50,594 bases of DNA from Betaproteobacteria bacterium (lineage in GTDB: Bacteria; Pseudomonadota; Gammaproteobacteria; Burkholderiales; UBA3065). The DNA lies in contig RFSW01000003.1 of the NCBI GenBank assembly GCA_009923755.1, forward strand, positions 1 through 50,594, in the 5' to 3' direction. Positions 8,839 through 16,508 of the stretch are shown in pieces. The notes below the pieces were generated by a model. It was not told where the DNA came from. It saw nothing but the letters and a program-made list of their open reading frames with translations, and did no database searches. The translations under genes and the position numbers were made by a program. The stretch's first letter is position 1, and each line of letters starts with the position of its first letter.

Positions 8839-10107
8839 TCATGGAGGAGCGCGTCTGGCCTGTTCGCTCAGCTCCGCAGTGATTGCCGAGAGCTCCACGA
8901 TCTGCCACTGCGCATTGAGCCGGACCGCGATCACCGGCACCGTCAGCGACGTCCGCCCATCAGCCGTCTGAGTCGGCGCAACGGGGACCTCGAACGACCC
9001 GCCCTCGAACGTCAGGGCACGAGCATCCGCGTCGAGGTTGAACGACACCGTGCGCGTGGTCACGTCGAACGCCAGCCGGCGCGCCGAGAACCGGGTGCAC
9101 GTCTGGCAGGTCAGCCTGAGATCCACAGCGCGGGGCATGTCCGCGTGCGCGATTTCGATCCTGATCCAGGCCTCCTTCTCGTCCTCGTCCTTGAGGCCGT
9201 CACAACTGTGCGCGCGATAGGTGGGACCCGACGCGATCGTGCTCTTGTCCGCCGTGCAGGCGAACCCGTGCTCCACCGGGGCGCCGCCGTGGCTCCAGTA
9301 GGTCGTCACATCGCCGTCACGGTCGGGACCACAGACACGGAAGGGACCACCCATGCGGCCCTCAGCCTCGCACGTGCGGATGGCCCGTACCTCTTCGGAA
9401 GAGCCTTTGAGCACGTTGGCACCCAAGACCTCACCGTCCTCGCTGAAGCTCACGAGGATCCGGCCCTCCTCTTCCGTTTGCGGCCACACTTTGCCGGAGT
9501 AGCCGAGGATCGATAGCGTCAGGAATCGTCTCTGCTCGGCACTGCCGAAGAAATCCACACTCTCGCAGCTCGATCTGACATTGACCTCGAGCTCGCGCGT
9601 ATCGCCGCGCCAGCGCGCGTTGGCGAAGGCTACCATCGGTTTGCCCTCGCGGGCCACCTTCTTGCACTTCACCTCGCCCGTGCGCCGGAACACGCCCTTC
9701 GGGCCGGCGAGGTAGATCGCGAACGCGCCGCGCGCGGACGTCCAGATGTCCTCCTGCGTCGTCCAGGTTCTGAAGAAGCCGACGACGCTCCCCTCCGCAT
9801 CGACGATCACGGAGCGCGCGATGACCTCGCCGCCGTCGACCTCGTCGATCACCACCTCGTCCCCGGATGTGAGGCGCGCGACGACCTCGACCTTGTCGCC
9901 GGCTTTCCACGCCGCAGGATCTTTTGTGCCCACGGCTCTGAGCGCAATCCGGACGGCGACGGGTTTGGTGTCAGCGGCAGCATAGTCCCGGGCCACCGCC
10001 TCGCGGTTCTTCTGCAGGGCGCTCCCGAGCTCAGCCGCCCGCAGCGCGAACGCGGGGCCGAGCAGACAGACGATAGCCGCCATGCAGCCGATGATCCGAC
10101 GCATCAT
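8839..10107 (-). CDS. exported hypothetical protein (422 aa)
   Basis: GAGGGGG RBS; signal peptide MMRRIIGCMAAIVCLLGPAFA; several Cys. Confidence 0.7.
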   Translation of the reverse strand: MMRRIIGCMAAIVCLLGPAFALRAAELGSALQKNREAVARDYAAADTKPVAVRIALRAVGTKDPAAWKAGDKVEVVARLTSGDEVVIDEVDGGEVIARSVIVDAEGSVVGFFRTWTTQEDIWTSARGAFAIYLAGPKGVFRRTGEVKCKKVAREGKPMVAFANARWRGDTRELEVNVRSSCESVDFFGSAEQRRFLTLSILGYSGKVWPQTEEEGRILVSFSEDGEVLGANVLKGSSEEVRAIRTCEAEGRMGGPFRVCGPDRDGDVTTYWSHGGAPVEHGFACTADKSTIASGPTYRAHSCDGLKDEDEKEAWIRIEIAHADMPRAVDLRLTCQTCTRFSARRLAFDVTTRTVSFNLDADARALTFEGGSFEVPVAPTQTADGRTSLTVPVIAVRLNAQWQIVELSAITAELSEQARRAPP

Positions 10108-10216
10108 GCCTGATCCCCCTCTTGCTGCCTTTCGATGTCCCGCGGGCCTCAGTCGTCGGACTTGATCGCCGCTTCTCAGGCCCTGTCCCGCCGCAATTCG
10201 TTGTCGTGCCCGCAAT

Positions 10217-10261
10217 CCTGGCTGTGTCTGGCCTGGCTGTGTCCGGCCTGGCTGTGTCCGG
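10217..10261. repeat. 15-bp tandem repeat x3 (cctggctgtgtcYgg)
   Basis: Read directly. Confidence 0.9.
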
Positions 10262-10379
10262 CGTGACTTCGCTCACATCCTACCGTGCGCCTTCTCGCCT
10301 GTCGTGCCGCTCGTTTTCCGATACGGCCGCAGGTGCAACCACGCTCGCTGTTGGCTCACGGAGAGCGTCCCACACGCCC

Positions 10380-10600
10380 AGTCGCGCGCGTCCGACCGGC
10401 CCCTTCATGCCCGCCGTCCTGCCATCGCGCGCGGGACCTGCAAGGCCGCTCGCTTCGGGCCTTCAGCCCTGCAGCAGCGCGCCGCTAACGCGGTGCGGCC
10501 GAGCCGCAGCCTGTGCACGCCCCGCTTCTCCGCGAGTGGCCTTGGGACCGGCGTCAGGGGCCGCGATCGGCGCGGCTCCGCAATGAAAGGACGCCCACCC
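10380..10600 (+). promoter_or_regulatory. long imperfect hairpin leader upstream of DUF6876-type gene
   Basis: cgcgtccgaccggcccttc... pairs imperfectly with ...tcaggggccgcgatcggcgcg. Confidence 0.45.
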
Positions 10601-10960
10601 ATGACCAAGACCCTCACCAAGACCGACCTCGCCCACTTCACCGGTACCGAGCAGATCTGGCGCCACAGCCTTGTCCGCCACATCGTCTATACCGACGGCG
10701 TGCAGCACGTGGCCGAAGCCGGCGAAGCCTACTGGCTGATCGACAAGGTCGCCTGCGCCCAGCTCGAGCCGCACATCCGGGCGCAAGAGTTCCAGCTCTG
10801 GACCCTGACCGTGAAGGACGATCTCTCGGCCACCCTCGTTTGCACCGATGGCAACGGCACCGAAATCGCGACGGAGACGATTAGCTACACGGACTTTCCG
10901 CTGCCGGAGCTGAAGCTCTACGTCACCAACAACACCATCCTGCTGCCGAGCGAGTATTGA
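10601..10960 (+). CDS. DUF6876-type plasmid protein
   Basis: L.HFTGTE, YTDGV.HVA..G.AYWLID, YTDFPL, LLPSEY; AAAGGA RBS. Confidence 0.85.
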   Translation: MTKTLTKTDLAHFTGTEQIWRHSLVRHIVYTDGVQHVAEAGEAYWLIDKVACAQLEPHIRAQEFQLWTLTVKDDLSATLVCTDGNGTEIATETISYTDFPLPELKLYVTNNTILLPSEY

Positions 10961-11115
10961 GGAGCATTCGGCGCCTGCGCCTCGTCCGGACCGCCGGGCG
11001 GGGCGCTCTGTCTTGTCCAAGCGCTCTCGACGCCACACCGGCGTTCTCCAGTTCTGGAAACCCCGCCGTTCGCACCCCCTCGCCGAGCCTGCGGACGTCG
11101 CCGTCGCGCCGCCGC

Positions 11116-11754
11116 TCAACGTCGTCGCGCGGCCGAAGCGGGCTGCACAAAAGAAGACTCTTTGAGGAAGTGGTTTGTGTCCGACACTTTTGTCCTATCC
11201 GGAATTCCCCCGGTTGCAGCCTCGTTGTGCGCAATCCAGTTCGACAACCATGTCAGCTGCCGGAAGCAGGGCAGCACTTTCTCGGCCAACTCGAGGATGA
11301 GACCGGTATAGAGACCATCCGCCCCGCAGCGCGGACGAGCCGCCACATAGCCGAAGCGCACCAGGTCCTGCAGCCATCGCCCGATCGTCCGCGTCGAGAC
11401 ACGCAAGCAATGGCCGAGCGTGGTCTTCGTCGTGTCCGTGCGACGGCCGTTTCCGGCGCGCGCCCTCAAGACGAGCAGCAACGAGACCGCGCCCCGCGCA
11501 AGACGTGGATCCCGCGCGGCCTCGGTCGTCATCGCACCGGCATACTGGATCGAGGCGCGCGGCGCAGTCCGCTGCCACCGCGAGGGCATGGCCGTCATGC
11601 CCGTCTCCAGCCGATGATAGAGCGTGGCACGCCGGGCCAGCGCGCGCTCGGCAGCGGCAAGATGATCGATGATCGATCCCATACCCCGACGCCGTCCAGC
11701 AGCGGGCTGCACACTCATGCGGTGCAACAGGTCCGGAAGATGAAGTGTTTGCAT
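11116..11754 (-). CDS. winged-helix protein, putative replication initiator
   Basis: AAAGGA RBS; 'DPRL..GA..LL...TL...L.VS.RTI.RW...L...GY' wHTH; ctRNA-like unit upstream. Confidence 0.7.
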   Translation of the reverse strand: MQTLHLPDLLHRMSVQPAAGRRRGMGSIIDHLAAAERALARRATLYHRLETGMTAMPSRWQRTAPRASIQYAGAMTTEAARDPRLARGAVSLLLVLRARAGNGRRTDTTKTTLGHCLRVSTRTIGRWLQDLVRFGYVAARPRCGADGLYTGLILELAEKVLPCFRQLTWLSNWIAHNEAATGGIPDRTKVSDTNHFLKESSFVQPASAARRR

Positions 11755-11828
11755 AATCAGGTTCCTTTCGTTGGAACCCGCGCGAAACCGGTCTTTTCAG
11801 GCAATAACAACCCGTGGCAAGAAATGAC

Positions 11829-11920
11829 TTGCAACGTAGTCTGAGTTTTGAGACGATGGGTTTGCGAAACTTCATCTCAAAGACCAGGTATCAAAGGCCC
11901 GCTTCGGCGGGTTTTTGTTT
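11829..11920 (+). ncRNA. candidate counter-transcribed RNA (promoter plus terminator) antisense to the rep leader
   Basis: TTGCAA-17-GACGAT; cccgc-TTCG-gcggg hairpin plus T-tract at 11896-11920. Confidence 0.5.
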
Positions 11921-12133
11921 GTCTACATGTTTCCTCACTCGGCCGACCAAGTGTCGGGCCATTGTTCAGCGTGCCGCATTCGCACAGCGAGAGCAACAGG
12001 AGCCTCCGTCGACACACGATCGCGTTCCAGGACCCGCGGCTCGCCGGGGCAGCGAGATCGTACGTGTCACGGCCGCTCACCCGCTCACAACACCGGTTTT
12101 CCACAGATGAACACGCCGGAATGCGCCCGACGA

Positions 12134-12150
12134 TTGACGTCATACGTCAA
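12134..12150. promoter_or_regulatory. palindromic operator ttgacgt-cat-acgtcaa overlapping a TTGACG -35 upstream of higA
   Basis: Perfect 7-bp inverted repeat. Confidence 0.6.
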
Positions 12151-12205
12151 ATAGCGCGATGCCTAGCAGCTACCGCTCCGCTGCTGCGATCAGGAAACCC
12201 GCGCC

Positions 12206-12547
12206 ATGCCCCGCACGGTCGTCCCTCCCGGCAAAGTGCTGCACGACGAGCTCAAGGCCATCGGCGTCACACCGAGTGAGCTCGCGCGCCAGATCGCCGT
12301 GCCGGCCAATCGGATCAGTCAGATCATCAACGGCAAGCGCGCCATCACCGGCGACACCGCGCTGCGTCTCGCGCACTGGTTCGGAACCGCCCCAGATTAC
12401 TGGCTCGGACTGCAGACCACATTCGACCTGCAACAGGCCGAGCGCGCTGCGGGACGCGCCATACAGAACCTGCCCACCCGGCCGGCCAGTGCCGCGACCG
12501 TCCGTCTAACCCAGCCGACGCGGCTGATGCGCTGCGGGAGGGGATGA
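12206..12547 (+). CDS. higA: HigA-family antitoxin/HTH (no adjacent higB)
   Basis: PPGKVL, RIS.IINGKRAIT.DTALRLA..FGT....W..LQ...DL. Confidence 0.9.
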   Translation: MPRTVVPPGKVLHDELKAIGVTPSELARQIAVPANRISQIINGKRAITGDTALRLAHWFGTAPDYWLGLQTTFDLQQAERAAGRAIQNLPTRPASAATVRLTQPTRLMRCGRG

Positions 12548-15500
12548 TGCCGCCATCGTTTTTCGAGCAACCGGTCCTGAACTCTCCCTACCTCATGCCG
12601 ACGCGTCATCACGCGCTCGACAAGGACGGGCAACCCCTCGACGCGCCGCCGATCGATGGCCGCCGCCGCTCCGAGCTCATCACGCCGGTGCCGAAGCCGC
12701 GCAAGCAGCAACGCAAGGCTGGCGGTGATCAACAGAGCTTCGTCCTCGCCGACGCCCAGGGGCTCTCGAGCGCCGAGCAGGAATACAACCCCACCCCCAT
12801 CATCAACGAGATCCGCCAGCACATCGCCACCTGGCGCCAAATCCCCAACCCCGCCGACTGGGGCGTAACGCCCGCGACGGCCCAGCTGCTCAAGCACTGG
12901 CGCCATCACAACTTCCAGGGCGTGCGCCCGTTTTTCTGTCAGGTGGAAGCCGCCGAGACCGCCATCTGGCTGACCGAGGTGGCGCGGCGCGAGAAGCGGT
13001 ACCGCCACCTCTGGGCGCATGTCGAAGGCGCCAACAAGGACGCCAACCCCGAGCTGCTGCGCCTGGCCCTCAAGATGGCCACGGGCAGCGGCAAGACCAC
13101 GGTCATGGCCATGCTGATGGCCTGGCAGACCGTCAATGCCGTGCGCTCGCCGGGCAGCTCCCTCTTCACGCGCGGCTTCCTCATCATCGCCCCGGGCATC
13201 ACCATCCGCGACCGTCTCCGGGTGCTCCTGCCGCAAGACCCCGACAGCTACTACCGCTCCCGCGAGATCCTGCCGGCCGACATGCTGCCGGACATCGACA
13301 AGGCCAAGATCGTCATCACCAACTACCACGCCTTCAAGCGCCGCGAGACGATGGACGTGTCCAAGGTCGGCCGCGCGCTGCTGCAAGGCCGCGGCGAGCC
13401 CGTGGTCACGATCGAGAGCGAAGGCCAGATGCTGCAGCGGGCCTGCGGTGAGCTGCTCGCCATGAAAAACATCGTCGTCATCAACGACGAGGCGCACCAC
13501 TGCTACCGCGAGAAGGCCAACTCCGAGGAGGAAACCGAGCTCAGGGGCGAGGAGAAGGACGAGGCCAAGAAGAACAACGAGGCCGCACGCCTCTGGATCT
13601 CCGGCATCGAGGCCTTGAGCCGCAAGGTCGGCGTCCGCGCGGTCTACGACCTCTCCGCGACACCGTTTTTCCTGCGCGGCTCCGGCTATGCCGAAGGCAC
13701 GCTGTTTCCCTGGACCGTCAGCGACTTCTCGCTGATGGACGCCATCGAATGCGGCATCGTCAAGCTGCCGCGCGTCCCCGTCGCCGACAATCTTCCCGAA
13801 GGCGACATGCCGATCTTCCGCGACCTTTGGAAATACATTGGCAAGGACATGCCCAAGAAGGGCGCGGGCAAGTCCGGCCAGCTCGATCCGTTCGCGATCC
13901 CGGCCCAGCTGCAGACCGCCCTCTACGCCCTCTACGGCCACTACACCCAGACCTACGAGGCCTGGCAGCGCGCGGGTATCGCGGTGCCGCCGGTCTTCAT
14001 CGTCGTGTGCAACAATACCGCGACCTCGAAGCTCATCTACGAGTGGATCTCGGGCTTCGAGCGCGAAAGCGAGGACGGCGAGAAGGAGCAGTCGCACCTC
14101 GGCCATCTCGAGCTGTTCCGCAACTACGATCCTTACGGCAACCGCCTGCCGCGCCCGAACACGCTGCTGATCGACTCCGAGCAGCTGGAATCGGGCGATG
14201 CCCTCGATGCCGCCTTCCGCGAGATGGCCGGCCCCGAGATCGAGCAGTTCCGCCGCGAGCTGATCCAACGCGGCGGCGCGGGCTCGGTCTCGCCCGACAG
14301 CATCACCGACAGCGATCTCCTGCGCGAGGTCATGAACACCGTCGGCAAGCCCGGTCGGCTCGGCGAGCAGATCAGATGCGTGGTCTCGGTCTCGATGCTC
14401 ACCGAAGGCTGGGACACCAACACCGTCACGCACATTCTCGGCGTGCGCGCCTTCGGCACCCAGCTGCTCTGCGAGCAGGTCGTGGGCCGCGCGCTGCGCC
14501 GTCAGTCCTACGACCTCAACGACGACCAGATGTTCGACGTCGAATACGCCGACATCCTCGGCATTCCCTTCGATTTTGCGGCCAAGCCCGTGGTCGCGCC
14601 ACCGAAGCCGCCGAAGCCCGTCACGCGCGTACAGGCGGTCCGCGAGCGCGAGGCCTTGACCATCGCCTTCCCCCGCGTCGTGGGCTATCGCAAGGACCTG
14701 CCCGACGAGCGGATCTCCGCCGAGTTCGGCGACGACTCGCGGCTGTTGCTCACGCCAGATCTCGTCGGGCCAACGAGCGTGCTGCTCGAAGGCATCGTCG
14801 GCCAAGGTACAAACATCGGCCCCGAGGTCCTCAAGGACATGCGCAAGAGCGAGATCACCTTCCATCTCGCCAAGCACCTGCTCTACACGCGCTTCCGCGA
14901 GCCGGGACAGCCGCCGCCGATGCACCTCTTCGGCCAGATCAAGAGCATCACCCGCCGGTGGCTCGACGAGCACTACCTCGAATGCACGGGCAATACCTAC
15001 CCGGCCATGGTCACGTATCTCGAGATCGCCGACAAAGCCGCCGAGCTGATCCATCTCGCCTGTCAGCGCCGCACCGGCTCGGATACGCGCATGAAGGCGA
15101 TGCTCGATGCCTACAATCCACGCGGCTCGACCACGGCCGTGAACTTCAACACGACCAAGAGCACGCTGTGGAAGACGTCGCCCGCGAAGTCCCACGTCAA
15201 TTACGTCGTGTGTGACAGCGATTGGGAGGCCGAGCTCGCGCGCGTCGTCGAAGCCCATCCGCGCGTCAAGGCCTACGTCAAGAACCAGGGCCTCCAGTTC
15301 GAGGTGCCGTACCGGGACGGCGCCATCCCCAAGCGGTATCTTCCCGACTTCATCGTCCAAATCGACGACGGGCATGACGATCCGCTGAACGTCGTCATCG
15401 AAACCAAAGGCTATCGCGGCCTCGACGCGCAGCTCAAGGCCGAGACGATGCAGAGTCTCTGGGTGCCCGGCGTCAACAACCTCGGCACCTTCGGACGATG

Positions 15501-15588
15501 GGCGTTCGCGGAGTTCCGCGACGTCTACGCGATCGAGACGGCCTTCGCCCGCCTCGTCGACGACGCAATCGGGAAGGTCTCGGCATGA
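12544..15588 (+). CDS. res: type III restriction endonuclease subunit (SF2 ATPase plus PD-(D/E)xK nuclease)
   Basis: MATGSGKT, DEAHH, MLTEGWD, EQVVGR.LR, YLPDF...IETKG. Confidence 0.93.
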   Translation: MMPPSFFEQPVLNSPYLMPTRHHALDKDGQPLDAPPIDGRRRSELITPVPKPRKQQRKAGGDQQSFVLADAQGLSSAEQEYNPTPIINEIRQHIATWRQIPNPADWGVTPATAQLLKHWRHHNFQGVRPFFCQVEAAETAIWLTEVARREKRYRHLWAHVEGANKDANPELLRLALKMATGSGKTTVMAMLMAWQTVNAVRSPGSSLFTRGFLIIAPGITIRDRLRVLLPQDPDSYYRSREILPADMLPDIDKAKIVITNYHAFKRRETMDVSKVGRALLQGRGEPVVTIESEGQMLQRACGELLAMKNIVVINDEAHHCYREKANSEEETELRGEEKDEAKKNNEAARLWISGIEALSRKVGVRAVYDLSATPFFLRGSGYAEGTLFPWTVSDFSLMDAIECGIVKLPRVPVADNLPEGDMPIFRDLWKYIGKDMPKKGAGKSGQLDPFAIPAQLQTALYALYGHYTQTYEAWQRAGIAVPPVFIVVCNNTATSKLIYEWISGFERESEDGEKEQSHLGHLELFRNYDPYGNRLPRPNTLLIDSEQLESGDALDAAFREMAGPEIEQFRRELIQRGGAGSVSPDSITDSDLLREVMNTVGKPGRLGEQIRCVVSVSMLTEGWDTNTVTHILGVRAFGTQLLCEQVVGRALRRQSYDLNDDQMFDVEYADILGIPFDFAAKPVVAPPKPPKPVTRVQAVREREALTIAFPRVVGYRKDLPDERISAEFGDDSRLLLTPDLVGPTSVLLEGIVGQGTNIGPEVLKDMRKSEITFHLAKHLLYTRFREPGQPPPMHLFGQIKSITRRWLDEHYLECTGNTYPAMVTYLEIADKAAELIHLACQRRTGSDTRMKAMLDAYNPRGSTTAVNFNTTKSTLWKTSPAKSHVNYVVCDSDWEAELARVVEAHPRVKAYVKNQGLQFEVPYRDGAIPKRYLPDFIVQIDDGHDDPLNVVIETKGYRGLDAQLKAETMQSLWVPGVNNLGTFGRWAFAEFRDVYAIETAFARLVDDAIGKVSA

Positions 15589-16508
15589 GCCAACCGGATC
15601 GCTTCGGGACGCTCGACGACGTTCCCCTCACCGACGCCTGGGCGCACGAGGCCCACGAGTTCACCCCGTGGCTCGCCCAGAACCTGAGCCGGCTTTCCGA
15701 CGCCCTCGGCATTCCGCTCGAGCTCACGGACACCGAGGTGGCCGTCGAAGCCTTCGCGGCCGATATCCTCGCGCGCAATCCGCAGGACGACACGGCCGTC
15801 CTGATCGAGAACCAGTTCAAGCCGAGTGATCATGGTCACCTCGGCCAGATCATGACCTATCTCGCAGGGCTCAACGCCTCGACTGTCGTGTGGATCGCGC
15901 CGAGCTTCCGCGAGCCGCATCTCTCGGCCATCCGTTGGCTGAACGAGAACACGCCCGAAAGCTTCGCGTTCTTCGCCGTCGCCTTGCGCGTCGTTCGTAT
16001 CGCAGATTCCCCGATGGTCCCCCTGTTCGACGTCGTGGAGCGGCCGAACGCCTGGGAGCGCCGCGTCCAGGAGACGAAGCGCGAGGCGCAAGCGCCGTCG
16101 GCCATCGGCGCGTTCCGGCGGAACTTCTGGGCCCACATGCTCCGCCGCCATCCCTCCGAAGGCGACCCCGCGAAGCCTTATGCGGCAAGCTCGAGGTGGC
16201 GCGAGCTCCCCGATCACAAGCTCGCCGTCGTGCAATACATCGCCCAATCCGGTCCCGGCATCTTCATCCGCTGCCCGCGAGGCGGGGACGACGAGGCGGC
16301 GGCCGAGCTGCTCGATCCCTACGAGCGGCAGCTCGAGGAACGGCTCGGTGTGCCGATCAACGCCACCAACCCACGCTATCTCTTCATCAAGCACCTGCGG
16401 CTCGATGCGACCAATCCCGGCAATTGGGATCACATCGCCGATTGGCTTCACGAGGAAGCCGATCGCTACGTGGCCGCGCTGACCGACGTTCTGGGAGAGC
16501 CTGCATAA
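15585..16508 (+). CDS. DUF4268 / NucS-like endonuclease domain protein
   Basis: W.HEA..FTPWL, ADILA, IENQ...SDH.HLGQ..TY; overlaps res stop and mod start. Confidence 0.8.
   Translation: MSQPDRFGTLDDVPLTDAWAHEAHEFTPWLAQNLSRLSDALGIPLELTDTEVAVEAFAADILARNPQDDTAVLIENQFKPSDHGHLGQIMTYLAGLNASTVVWIAPSFREPHLSAIRWLNENTPESFAFFAVALRVVRIADSPMVPLFDVVERPNAWERRVQETKREAQAPSAIGAFRRNFWAHMLRRHPSEGDPAKPYAASSRWRELPDHKLAVVQYIAQSGPGIFIRCPRGGDDEAAAELLDPYERQLEERLGVPINATNPRYLFIKHLRLDATNPGNWDHIADWLHEEADRYVAALTDVLGEPA

Noticed and set aside
12397-15375. 992-aa minus-strand ORF and similar long antisense ORFs
   Set aside because: Shadows of high-GC3 genes; the motifs lie on the opposite strand
15890-16507. N-terminal extension of mod in the ORF track
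   Set aside because: Overlaps the DUF4268 gene out of frame; real start is the TAATG overlap at 16508
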